NCBI GenBank assembly: GCA_044356215.1
Contig: JBIKWQ010000028.1
Location: 1 to 41,215 of the forward strand
Direction of reading: 5' to 3'
DNA length: 41,215 nt
Origin: Bdellovibrionota bacterium
GTDB taxonomy: Bacteria > Bdellovibrionota_C > UBA2361 > OMII01
Each line of letters begins with the position of its first letter. The first letter of the stretch is position 1. Below are positions 30,401 through 39,220 of the stretch, piece by piece. The notes below the pieces were generated by a model. That model searched no databases. It was not told the origin of the DNA and was given only the letters and a program-made list of their open reading frames with translations. The position numbers and the translations under genes are program-made.

Positions 30401-30650
30401 GCCCAAAAGCTCCCTTTGAGCCGACTGTCCATACCAACTTCATGCGCCTCCTACCATCGTTTTGGTAGCAAGCGACAGCCGTTTGACGAGTCGCGCTGCG
30501 TTTCAAAGCTGCTCTTAGTTCCCTGAGGCCCTCTAGTGTCATGGCACTTGTCCAAGTTCTGTCTCCCACTCTGACTGCATAAGAATCAACAATACGTCTG
30601 GTTCGCTGTAGCGCCTTTTTTTCACAAGCTGAGATTATAAGGACGTGCAT
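27468..30650 (-). CDS. cas3: Type I-F Cas2-Cas3 fusion helicase-nuclease
   Basis: Cas2-like N-terminus (ISACEKKAL..TRRI.D.YA...TAVAC); HDIGKA, RHEW.S, SHH, ADH; NMAGTGSGKT, LVLDEID, SSATL, GRDHDFDWA, GRVNRH. Confidence 0.97.
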   Translation of the reverse strand: MHVLIISACEKKALQRTRRIVDSYAVRVGDRTWTSAMTLEGLRELRAALKRSATRQTAVACYQNDGRRRMKLVWTVGSKGAFGPSGHYPSGTTTKGRTFTYAEPPPWARIACKLVEAAGLVHDIGKASKRFQSKLRKATKEGDDVRHEWLSLRLIHHMRKNGHDWFAAWKNLPAKLDSVVLGSRIIDSFSVHGISDCLEAIDFLIVSHHGLLESDEKLPTAKGRHVRRPPSDAQIAPEGVISKALLDKYWILEETLIKQADVKDSRFWRGLLAYARVALIFADHVVSSQPFGHSGSDTELFANTRREGDRRILNQTLDWHLENVASKARDAMWRISRLTCNSDDDQLGGLSQESVAAITQPSNPKSRFSWQNKCAQALAKARESYPDRGALVFNMAGTGSGKTRMNARAACVLSRAQSPRFSIALNLRSLTLQTGEALKRGLNIGDDELSVVIGDKTSADLFEWGKSADAAALSDVNNVDENPLEEELSCFGEPQAIPSWMEPLFRKDKEKTVLAAPLLVSTVDFLVAAGNPGMQGNHVKAVLRLMTSDLVLDEIDGYEPPALSAVLRLVQLSAMFRRNVICSSATLSNPVAVAIERAYRSGCAMLESLENYKKEKSDSPSQQIFRVGFIRALIDDDLEPVVSVVETDTEDFQNCYAERLEQIKARLEDKDVYRLAYLKTLESESPECWLTAVKESVQELHQQNSWQFNQTKLVSFGLVRVANISTAIVLARYLADCISGCRVACYHSNDFPIARFHKERALDNLLTRSRGDDHIRKSPEIRELVESSASNSIPFIVVASPVEEIGRDHDFDWAVVEPSSAQSIVQTCGRVNRHRLVSHSGRPNVKILQFNYRHCRNTATGQEDRAAFVFPGFEALPGTRRANKDYLDHDLSKLLSWTDSQLKIDARVRFDTNVFPLARADDRAIERLIADYFGRDGCFVCCPADVWTLTNGPYDRTRLRDRHLVRQHWRLVLAESELEFFRKERVEKGGTLFDVWLKQSMTTRAKHENAWLCLSPRDMVTLCEEVGIPLENGMEVELTAFTEQDRFEFDEGFGILRVGR

Positions 30651-31055
30651 GAGACAAAATAAGATAAGATTAAACGGTCATAGCAATCAAACTAAGAGTC
30701 ACTTAAACAAGAGAGAGGATCTGTTCCAACATGCTATATCCAACCCACTTAATCTTCTCTCGAGTTTGACAGAAGATCGTTTCTTTCGCACCTTCCAAGA
30801 TAACTCCTACAGGCAACTTTTGCTGCTTAGTGGTCGCCTCATCAATTCCTCTAACTCTCTGGGAGAAACTACCAGGGCCTTGCCTGTTTCGGTAACGGCG
30901 ACCGAGATTCTTATCATCGTCCTTTTGCTCCCGTATTCCGGGTGTTAAAAACGTCCAAATACATATACTACCCACTTTTTGCATATTGCTTTTCGCCTAC
31001 AGGTCCTCCCCTGTCGGCAGGTCAGTAGGTAAGTTTTTTGAGGACTCCTCTTTCC

Positions 31056-31174
31056 GAGGAACCTCAACGATCTCTTACTCTTCGGAACTTAACCATGGAG
31101 GATTCTAAGCTGTCCAGGACGTGTTTCACTGAGTGAAGCACGTCATCATTTTAAACATATACATGGAACGAGGA
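31056..31174 (+). repeat. Diverged ~119-bp repeat, copy A, with palindrome at 31118-31144
   Basis: About 74% identical by hand alignment to 32558-32675. Confidence 0.85.
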
Positions 31175-31564
31175 CGCGCCTCGAGGGGTACACGGCTGCA
31201 AGCCCTATGGGCAAATCTCGAGACTGTAGCTTGCGCCTTAAAGATGAACGAATCGTCTGCTCATACTCCCTACGGCCCCTCATAAGTGGTCATCACTCCG
31301 ATGAGCCTAGCGGTGTGCTGTCGTAACCGTCCACCCAACGACGCAGTTGCTAATCTAGATCTGACCTCACTCCGCTACAATAAAAAGACTTTTTGCTCAA
31401 AGGCTGCTCTTATCCGCTCTAGATATGCTATTGCTTCTATGATTAGACGATTACTCGCTACCTGAAAAAGAGGCGGTGGAGATCGGCCGGTATGTGTTTA
31501 AGCGGGACAATCTCTGTTGTATTTAGCAAAGCGTTTAAAACGCCGAATAATTCCACACGTTTCA

Positions 31565-32101
31565 CTAGCTGCCTTTGCAACAAAGCGCCTGTGCCTTAAT
31601 TGTAAAGGATTGGGCAGATAAGTTTGTAAACTTAGATGTTCTAAGTCCAGTACAGGAGAGATAGCTGTAAATTTTATCGCTTATACCCGAAGCAGGAGCC
31701 TGCAGCCAACTTGTAACTATGACTTCCGGATCTATCGAATCACACGTGTTTGTTGCCATAAACTCATCGGCTAAGCACTGTACGTCTGTTGACACATAAC
31801 CCGTACCAGTTTCTGAGCTCTCTCTCTTTGTACACTTTGAAAGCACACTAAACCCACCTGCTGGCCCTTGAGCCCCTGTAGCTCCTGCTGAACCTTGGAA
31901 CCTAGAAGTATCGGCCAACTCTGTGAACCCCTTAGGACAGGTGGCAGATACTACGCTCTTGTTAGTGGCCTTTAATGTCTTTCTGTTGACCGTAGTCTGA
32001 ATGCAGAGCTTATCTGCAAAGGCTGTTGAGGTAATGCAAAGGATCATTACCGATGCTAGGAGACTGAATTTTGCCTTGGTGTTCATTGGTCTATTCCGCA
32101 T
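31565..32101 (-). CDS. Secreted Cys-rich protein with a short collagen-like Gxy stretch
   Basis: Signal peptide (AFA), GSAGATGAQGPAG, C-terminal ALCC. Confidence 0.75.
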   Translation of the reverse strand: MRNRPMNTKAKFSLLASVMILCITSTAFADKLCIQTTVNRKTLKATNKSVVSATCPKGFTELADTSRFQGSAGATGAQGPAGGFSVLSKCTKRESSETGTGYVSTDVQCLADEFMATNTCDSIDPEVIVTSWLQAPASGISDKIYSYLSCTGLRTSKFTNLSAQSFTIKAQALCCKGS

Positions 32102-32111
32102 TAAAGATTAT

Positions 32112-32468
32112 TTATTTGATGCGCCTACACTTGGATCCACAAGCTTTTCTAAGCTTCCTTTCCAGTGCTAATTTACTATTCAGGGCTGCTCCACTTTGCT
32201 GCAGTTGAGTGAAAAGATCGTAGGCAAAAACAACCATAGACCCATATTGAAAGCCATAAAACTGCCGAAGCTGCTCTGTCGTATATCCATTTCCTGGATT
32301 CCAATTATTTATTGACTGCCGCTCTTCGTTAAAACATTGCGGAGGGGTAAGATATTTGACTCTCTCTTCATCAGTTACAAAACATCCTGATGGCACTCTT
32401 TCTTGAGCTACTGCAATATCTGCATTAAAAAAGAAAACTATAGACAAAAGCCAAAGTAGAGATTTCAT
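32112..32468 (-). CDS. Small secreted protein with a basic Cys-containing C-terminus (LRKACGSKCRRIK)
   Basis: Signal peptide (AVA); co-oriented 10 bp upstream of the previous gene. Confidence 0.75.
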   Translation of the reverse strand: MKSLLWLLSIVFFFNADIAVAQERVPSGCFVTDEERVKYLTPPQCFNEERQSINNWNPGNGYTTEQLRQFYGFQYGSMVVFAYDLFTQLQQSGAALNSKLALERKLRKACGSKCRRIK

Positions 32469-32557
32469 ATAAACATAGCCCTAATACAAAATTGTCCTAT
32501 CGTACCCTTATGCGATGTCAGAAGTGTCTGCTACTCAATGACTTGCGGAGAATTTTA

Positions 32558-32675
32558 GAGGCACCTCAATGGCCCATCACTCGCCTGGAGTTAATCATGA
32601 GGGATTCATGCTGTCCACGACGTGTTTCACCTTGTGAAACACGTCCTCCACTTCAACACATACTTGGAGCGGGGA
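32558..32675 (+). repeat. Diverged ~119-bp repeat, copy B, with perfect palindrome at 32619-32645
   Basis: GACGTGTTTCAC-CTT-GTGAAACACGTC. Confidence 0.85.
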
Positions 32676-33077
32676 ATAAACATCGAACGCGCCACGTCGA
32701 CCAATCCCTGCGGATAAATCTCGGAACTGGTATAGTACTTGGTAGTCCCCAATTCCCATTGAAACGGAAAGTTTCAATTTTTAAGGGCGGTCACTTCACG
32801 GGGCCTTTTAACATGCACCCGTTCGCACGTTTCTTTTTGGCTCTAAGCTCAATGGGACCGGGCATCGTTCAAAACTTGGATTTAGGAGCTCCTTTCGCTA
32901 CAAACACATCTCAGCCATGAGCCAGGCGACCCGATTCTCGCTGCAGCTCACCTTAGACTTACGCAACTCCTCACACACTCCTAGAAACTATAACGCAGCA
33001 TGGTTGTAATGTCTCGCAATGGACGCTTACGGTCGTTGCACTCATTCCGTAGTTGTAAAGTTGCTTACTCCCACCCT

Positions 33078-33422
33078 CTAATTCAACAACTCCGCCAGGA
33101 CTGTATCAGCTTTATCCTGCGGTTCCGCCGCGGTCGCTTTTTCCGTTTTCTTCGCCGCTTCCAGGCCAACCAATACGAGCACGGCCCGCGGATTTATATT
33201 TAGGTACGAGCAGACCGCTTGAAACGAGAAGATGTAATCATCCTCTTTACTCAGAAAATAAGCGCGTGCTTTACGGGCGAATTCGTCCTCGCGATTCATA
33301 TCGGCGATGGCGTTAAGCAGGATCGCTCGCAAGAGCCCCCTTTCAGGGACAGGGACCTCACCTGAGTCGTAGTCATCGAATGCCGTGTAAATTGCTGTGT
33401 TTCTCTTGTTATCTTTCGCCAT
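33078..33422 (-). CDS. Conserved hypothetical protein (PER.LL.AIL..AI...FSF..VC..L...P family)
   Basis: GAGGG RBS; motif pattern I recall from deltaproteobacterial hypothetical proteins. Confidence 0.75.
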   Translation of the reverse strand: MAKDNKRNTAIYTAFDDYDSGEVPVPERGLLRAILLNAIADMNREDEFARKARAYFLSKEDDYIFSFQAVCSYLNINPRAVLVLVGLEAAKKTEKATAAEPQDKADTVLAELLN

Positions 33423-33603
33423 AGTATCCCTCTAAGATGCACGCGGGGCGCACTTGGTAACGGATTTCCGCATACTCCTCTCTCACCCTCACTGGGGTAT
33501 ACGACCAAATTTCGTCGAATCTTGAGGATTTAGCTTGAAAACTTTTAAGATCTCTGAGTCGCAAAGTGTTTAAACGCCTGATAACAGGTCTGAGATTACC
33601 TAC

Positions 33604-33630
33604 TAAAGATCTTTTACGAAGATGCCGAAG
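33604..33630 (+). promoter_or_regulatory. Sigma28-like promoter TAAAG-N15-GCCGAAG
   Basis: Resembles the FliA consensus; lies upstream of 33703. Confidence 0.45.
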
Positions 33631-33702
33631 CTAAAACTGAAAAGGGCTGTATCTAATGGTTGAGATAGCCCTATTATCTTCGCCAAGGAGGGCAGATTAG
33701 AA

Positions 33703-33948
33703 ATGGAACTAAATCCACTACTTGCTACAACTACTATAGTAGACCGAACCGGTCGCCGAATCGGGACTTATCTGGTTGATCGGTCTAAGGATTCACTTGA
33801 CCAAGAGAATCGCGAGCAAAGAGATACAAAGCGAGACGAAGAAGCCGTAGTTATGCATAGCTCCGGCGATATTGGTACTGATAAAGCTCAGATCGACGTT
33901 GAGGCGGATCCGCTGACTGGGGTGGCGGTGCTGGATGTGAAGGCGTGA
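33703..33948 (+). CDS. Small hypothetical protein ending LDVKA
   Basis: AGGAGG RBS; C-terminal motif of the kind seen in small FliA-regulated proteins. Confidence 0.7.
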   Translation: MELNPLLATTTIVDRTGRRIGTYLVDRSKDSLDQENREQRDTKRDEEAVVMHSSGDIGTDKAQIDVEADPLTGVAVLDVKA

Positions 33949-33994
33949 TACTTACGCTCAGTCGAAGAGTCAGAATCTCGCGTAAGCGGGTAAC

Positions 33995-34195
33995 TTAATC
34001 TTCCCCGCCCCCAATCTCCCCCCGGATCCTCTCAATCAACGCCTGCTCCCCAAGTCCTAATTCCGCGATCGTCACGGTCCTGTCGCCCAGGGTTACTTTT
34101 GCTTCGATTCCCTCTCTAAACGGCCGCTTGATAAAAGTTACGGTAACGGTTTCGCCGTTTATAATAATCTCACGTTGCGAGGTGGAGTCTCTCAT
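33995..34195 (-). CDS. Small hypothetical protein
   Basis: Follows the acyltransferase by 16 bp on the same strand; protein-like composition. Confidence 0.6.
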   Translation of the reverse strand: MRDSTSQREIIINGETVTVTFIKRPFREGIEAKVTLGDRTVTIAELGLGEQALIERIRGEIGGGED

Positions 34196-34211
34196 TTCAA
34201 ACCATCCATCA

Positions 34212-36278
34212 TTATTGCTCAGTAATGCGCCTTACTAGAAGATTTTGGGCAAGATACCTCGAGGCACTTGGGGTTAAATGTCCATAATCCCAGGTAGTGA
34301 TAGACTCCCTTAGGTCGTCACCTGTACGAGTAAGACAACCATTCGCGTCACAAAATAGGCCAATTACGTCCACAAATTGACGATTGGCCCCAACGGGAAA
34401 TTCGCGTAAAAGGGCATTATTTGCGTCCAACACCTCCTGCTTTACGCCGATACGAGTTCTTTTAGGTTTTGTTACCCAAAGTTGTCTAGCCAGAATCTTA
34501 GGTAAATCACTCCTCCATTGAGGTGTTGGACCCAAAAATAGAATTTTTCCAACTCCTAATTCTTTAAGCTTGCCTGATATTTCATTCATAACTTGAATTG
34601 AGTGACCATTCGCTTGCGCAACAACAACAACATCAGGGATCAGATCCTTGATTGTTTTCATAGCGAAATAGTTTGACTGCGTGCACTGACTTTCAGTCGA
34701 TGGAGAATGAATATTTGGATTCGGCAAACATGCAGAGGAAGCTATCTGAAGTATCTGCCAGTTACTTGGCATAAATTTTACAAGCCCAGAAGATAATGTC
34801 TGCGCATGCGAATCTCCCCAAATTAGAACTGACTTATCAAACCTTGGATCACGCTTGTAACAGGACGAGGCTAGCTCGGCGACTGGCTTGCTGTCTGTAA
34901 CACCCCCTTCCAGCACTCCGTCCTCAAGATATTTTTTACCATTAAAAAAAGCACATTCGCTTCTCCACTCTACCGAAAGATTGATTCTCTTAAAGTACGA
35001 CCAATTAGGGTGGCTATTCTCGAAATAATTTACAAACTCCTCTCTATCCTTAGTTCTAAACGACAGACCATCACGACTGTAGGTGTGATAACCAATCCAG
35101 CCAACGCCTGCCATCAGCACAACAAGGACCGCAACGTTAATTTTTCCGCTCTTGTCGGAGCGCACAGGACTCTCAATAAGCTTATATGTTACCCAAGCAA
35201 GCACTATCGAGAGTGCCAGGGACATCAGGCGTACGTTACGACTTGGTGCCTCACACTCAACTATCCTAGCAAACGATAACAGCGGCCAGTGCCACAAGTA
35301 GAGAGGAAAGCTTATTAAGCCAATCCAAACAAGAATTTTGTTGGAAAGTATCTTTCTGTTAATCCAAGCTTTAGGGCCAGCTAGGATAATCAAAAAGGAA
35401 CCGAGCACAGGAATAATAGCCCAAACACCGGGAAAACCTACATCCTTAGTGATTCGCCAAAAACCATACGATAATAACGAGCTGCCAACAAACGACGTAA
35501 TATTGGATAGAGCCCTGGCGTTGGTCTTAACCGCTTCACTGTGCACGAACTTAGAGAGCCAACTATCAATCCTAATTTTGGAGGTTGCGAACGATTTTCC
35601 ACGGTAAATAGATAAGCAAGACAAAATGCTGCCGCTCAACAACTCCCAAAATCTAGTTTGTGGGGAATAGAAAGTGGCGACGGAGTCCTGCTTAATGCCA
35701 ATAGCGTTCAACACGAAAGAAACTAGAGCTATGACAAAGGTAATAGAAAAAAGATTAAGTCTTAACTTCCATAAAACCCAAACCAGGAGAGGCCAGATGA
35801 TATAAAACTGCTCCTCAATGCCCAAGCTCCACAGATGTAAAAGTGGCTTAGTCTCTGCCGAATTGTCGAAGTAGCCAGCCTCGCTCCACAAAACGAGATT
35901 AGAAACAAATCCAGCACCAGCAACGATATGCTTGCCTAACTGTTTATACTCATCGGCAAGTAGGGCAAACCATCCGAACCCATAGGTTGCAATTAGCACC
36001 AATAGCAATGCCGGGAAGATTCGCCTAATACGTCTTGCGTAGAACTCAGAGAAGCTGAAGGTACCTCTATCTAAGTTCTGAAAGATGATTGTCGAAATCA
36101 GAAAGCCTGAGATAACAAAAAAGATGTCGACACCAATAAAACCACCCTTCATCAGCTCTGGAAAAGCGTGGAAGACCACTACCGAGAGCACAGCAACAGC
36201 TCTTAGGCCATCAATATCAGGGCGGTACTTTACGAATGCCTTAGAACCAACCACTTGCGTCAGGTTCCCTACTCCCAC
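34212..36278 (-). CDS. OafA/YrhL-type O-acyltransferase (Acyl_transf_3 + SGNH)
   Basis: [56 protein letters not shown]. Confidence 0.93.
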   Translation of the reverse strand: MGVGNLTQVVGSKAFVKYRPDIDGLRAVAVLSVVVFHAFPELMKGGFIGVDIFFVISGFLISTIIFQNLDRGTFSFSEFYARRIRRIFPALLLVLIATYGFGWFALLADEYKQLGKHIVAGAGFVSNLVLWSEAGYFDNSAETKPLLHLWSLGIEEQFYIIWPLLVWVLWKLRLNLFSITFVIALVSFVLNAIGIKQDSVATFYSPQTRFWELLSGSILSCLSIYRGKSFATSKIRIDSWLSKFVHSEAVKTNARALSNITSFVGSSLLSYGFWRITKDVGFPGVWAIIPVLGSFLIILAGPKAWINRKILSNKILVWIGLISFPLYLWHWPLLSFARIVECEAPSRNVRLMSLALSIVLAWVTYKLIESPVRSDKSGKINVAVLVVLMAGVGWIGYHTYSRDGLSFRTKDREEFVNYFENSHPNWSYFKRINLSVEWRSECAFFNGKKYLEDGVLEGGVTDSKPVAELASSCYKRDPRFDKSVLIWGDSHAQTLSSGLVKFMPSNWQILQIASSACLPNPNIHSPSTESQCTQSNYFAMKTIKDLIPDVVVVAQANGHSIQVMNEISGKLKELGVGKILFLGPTPQWRSDLPKILARQLWVTKPKRTRIGVKQEVLDANNALLREFPVGANRQFVDVIGLFCDANGCLTRTGDDLRESITTWDYGHLTPSASRYLAQNLLVRRITEQ

Positions 36279-37801
36279 TCAATAGTAGCTGGTGGCTTAC
36301 TAGAGATATCAAGTACTACACGGTTGATGCCGCGCACTTCGTTTACGATCCTGTTGCTAACTCTTCGTAAAAGCTGCTCAGGTAAGAATGCCCAATCAGC
36401 GGTCATACCATCCTCTGAATAAACTGCGCGTAACGCCACTGTCTCTTCGTACGTACGACCATCGCCCATCACTCCAACGCTCTTTACAGGAAGCAATACA
36501 GCAAAGGTCTGCCACAGTGTTGGGTAGAGCCCCTCGGACCTTATCTCTTCTAAAAATATATGGTCAGCTTCTTGAAGCACTGCCACTCGCTCTGGCGTTA
36601 CCTCTCCAAGTACTCGCACTGCTAGCCCTGGTCCAGGGAATGGCTGTCTCTGCAGGATCTCCTGTGGCATGTCAAGCTCCTTGCCGAGCGCGCGAACCTC
36701 GTCCTTGAAAAGCTCTCTAAAAGGCTCAATCAACTTTAAGTTAAGCCTCTCAGGTAATCCGCCCACGTTGTGATGAGTCTTAATCGTCGCGGATGGACCA
36801 CGAACCGAAACGCTCTCGATTACATCCGGATAAAGAGTTCCCTGTACTAAGTGAGTAGCACCTGGAATAGCCTTGGCTCGCTCCTCAAAGACCTCGATAA
36901 AGAGATGTCCGATTATCTTACGCTTCCTCTCTGGATCCGTTACGCCCTTCAGCCCCTCAAAAAACCTTGCACGAGCATCGACCATCTCTACATTTAGCTC
37001 TAGCGCCTTAAGACGCTTCATCACCGAAGCAGCTTCGTTCTTTCTGCCAAGTCCAGTATCTACATAAAAGCAGTGCAAACGCTCTCCCAAAGCACGAGCC
37101 ACTAAAACCGCCGCGACCGTTGAGTCTACTCCGCCACTTAACGCGCAGATAGCCTGGCAATTATCTCCAACCTGCTCTGAGATCGCCCGCACAGACCGCT
37201 CAATAAAATTCTCTGGGGTCCAATCCGGCTTGCAACCTGCTGCTGTGTAGACGAAGTTCTCGATAATCTGCCGTCCCTGTGGTGTGTGGACAACTTCAGG
37301 GTGGAACTGCAATGCACTCATGTTCTTGGCTGCGTTCTGCATGGCCGCAATAGGCGCCCCAGCGCTTGAAGCCGCGCATGTAAACCCTTGTGGTAGCTTT
37401 TCTACGTGGTCACCGTGACTCATCCAGACGTTAAGTTTTTCGCCCGTTGGCCATGACGAGAAGATTCCACTGGACTCCTCTACTGATATAGTTGATGGGC
37501 CGTATTCACGACTAGCTCCGCGTCCTAGCTTACCGCCAAAATGGTGAGCCATAAGCTGCATGCCGTAGCAGATACCCAAGGTCGGAAGACCCGTATCGAG
37601 CCATGCACTATCAAACTCCGGAGCGTCAGCATCAGTTACGCTGGCTGGACCACCGGAAAGTATTAAGCCCTTAACTTTGGATAGATCAACTGAACCTGGC
37701 TTGATGGTACACGGCTTAACCTCGCTGTATACCTGCATCTCACGAACCCGCCTAGCAATTAGCTGTGTATACTGAGACCCAAAATCAAGGATTAAAATCA
37801 C
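36269..37801 (-). CDS. guaA: GMP synthase (glutamine-hydrolysing)
   Basis: [46 protein letters not shown]. Confidence 0.99.
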   Translation of the reverse strand: MILILDFGSQYTQLIARRVREMQVYSEVKPCTIKPGSVDLSKVKGLILSGGPASVTDADAPEFDSAWLDTGLPTLGICYGMQLMAHHFGGKLGRGASREYGPSTISVEESSGIFSSWPTGEKLNVWMSHGDHVEKLPQGFTCAASSAGAPIAAMQNAAKNMSALQFHPEVVHTPQGRQIIENFVYTAAGCKPDWTPENFIERSVRAISEQVGDNCQAICALSGGVDSTVAAVLVARALGERLHCFYVDTGLGRKNEAASVMKRLKALELNVEMVDARARFFEGLKGVTDPERKRKIIGHLFIEVFEERAKAIPGATHLVQGTLYPDVIESVSVRGPSATIKTHHNVGGLPERLNLKLIEPFRELFKDEVRALGKELDMPQEILQRQPFPGPGLAVRVLGEVTPERVAVLQEADHIFLEEIRSEGLYPTLWQTFAVLLPVKSVGVMGDGRTYEETVALRAVYSEDGMTADWAFLPEQLLRRVSNRIVNEVRGINRVVLDISSKPPATIEWE

Positions 37802-38104
37802 GACACCCCCACGGTTTTATAACTACGTTTCTTGCAACCAGCGCCAGACGCATCTGGCAAAGATTAGCCGTTTCCTGAAATATTCTCAAATGGTACCTAC
37901 TCAACAGCTTTTTCACAAAAAGACCAGCGATAACGGCGAGGGGAAGGTATAAGCTGCATTCTATTTATAGATATAATAACGACCAAGAGCCAAAAAATCT
38001 GGCGACGTAGTTACCTCAAATGGTCAGATTTCCAATGTACTGATACCATAAAGGCCTTTAGTCGGCACGGCATCCAACCGACTTATTGCTTAGAGGGAAA
38101 AGAT

Positions 38105-39055
38105 ATGGGGACAAGAAATAACGATTTGGCGCACCTGCGCGTTAGGCTTTCTATACGCGCTGGGCTGGTGATTAAATCCTTAGCGGCTCTCATCATCTGC
38201 TTATCTCCCATATCCCTCAGAGCCGATTTCATCATGACGATGAGCTCTGGTGTCTATCAGAGCACCGACGGCAAAACTAAAGTGATACTGAGTAATGCCG
38301 AGGGAGCTCAAGGAATCTTTGTTACCCACCTAAAAGATGGCGTACCTCCGCAGGAATTTAATCCCGAGAAGATCCCCGCTAAGGACTCGAATCACGTTTT
38401 TATAAAATTTGATCCAACTTCACAAAACCAATACTCTGAAGTCACTATCTCTGACCGCACCTACAAGGTAGCCGGCAACCTAAATCTCTGGCTCACCCCT
38501 GATGGTGGGGTTTCAGTTAATATCGACAACACCAATCCATACATCACCATCACTAAACGCGAAGCCAGCGGTAAGAGCGATTCACTGATCGGGTTCTACG
38601 GCATGACTGAAGTAGTGAAGGGAACCGGCAACCTCGCGGCGATCCTAAGCGCTAACCAGCTTAGTCCCGATATCGCGAAGATAGTTAAGCCTTATCTAAT
38701 CGGGCAATCAGGACTTACCTTAAACGGCAAGGAAGTAGCCACGCCTACGATTGGAATCTTTGTTAATCGGGACCATGAGTGCACTACAAGCAACGCTAAA
38801 GTTTCTGTTCTGACCCTCGCGCAACTTCAAAGCATACAGAAAGCAAAGGTAGAGAGTCAGCAAGCGCAGTTACTTGAGAAGTTCATGAGAGAGAATCGCG
38901 TAAAATCTCCAACGCAAGGTTATCTCGTTCTAAGAGCGGATCGATCTGGGCCAATGATCCTATTAAACGTAGCCAGCAAAGATATATTTGATATGCGGCA
39001 GATTAAAAATACATTCTCGGATCGGAGGATCTGCGTTTTGTCGCCGATAAGGTAA
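38105..39055 (+). CDS. Hypothetical exported protein
   Basis: 316-aa ORF with a signal-like hydrophobic segment. Confidence 0.7.
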   Translation: MGTRNNDLAHLRVRLSIRAGLVIKSLAALIICLSPISLRADFIMTMSSGVYQSTDGKTKVILSNAEGAQGIFVTHLKDGVPPQEFNPEKIPAKDSNHVFIKFDPTSQNQYSEVTISDRTYKVAGNLNLWLTPDGGVSVNIDNTNPYITITKREASGKSDSLIGFYGMTEVVKGTGNLAAILSANQLSPDIAKIVKPYLIGQSGLTLNGKEVATPTIGIFVNRDHECTTSNAKVSVLTLAQLQSIQKAKVESQQAQLLEKFMRENRVKSPTQGYLVLRADRSGPMILLNVASKDIFDMRQIKNTFSDRRICVLSPIR

Positions 39056-39220
39056 AAAATGCGGGTCGAAGCTAGGCTTTACCGCTCTTAATCCGCTTGC
39101 CCTATCCCGCATATACGACGACCGGAGAGCTTATAATCGCGGGTCTTATCGGAGATATCAGGCACTTACCGCACCAAACTAGTGTTTGACTATTGATGTC
39201 TACCTCCGTATTCTCCTTTC

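Noticed and set aside
17749..30650. Tn7-like CAST (I-F3)
   Set aside because: No tnsABC/tniQ; Cas3 and Cas1 are intact; cas8 and cas5 are not fused.
30649..30984. Opposing 99-aa and 93-aa ORFs upstream of cas3
   Set aside because: No recognisable motifs or clear RBS; they overlap the likely cas promoter region.
31068..31125. CreR/CreA-like mini-CRISPR (GACAGCTTAGAAT resembles the repeat 3' end)
   Set aside because: No 5-bp Cas6f stem, no target found, and the handle is not conserved in the paralogous copy near 32600.
32619..32645. Canonical parS site
   Set aside because: Half-sites are separated by 3 extra nt in both copies.
33066..33074. 9-bp match to the guaA 3' end as an island att site
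   Set aside because: Too short, no adjacent integrase, and the intervening genes do not look like a mobile element.
32492..33203. ORFs of 142, 60 and 67 aa
   Set aside because: Not protein-like; two overlap the repeat element, whose other copy does not keep these frames, and the third is antisense to 33078-33422.
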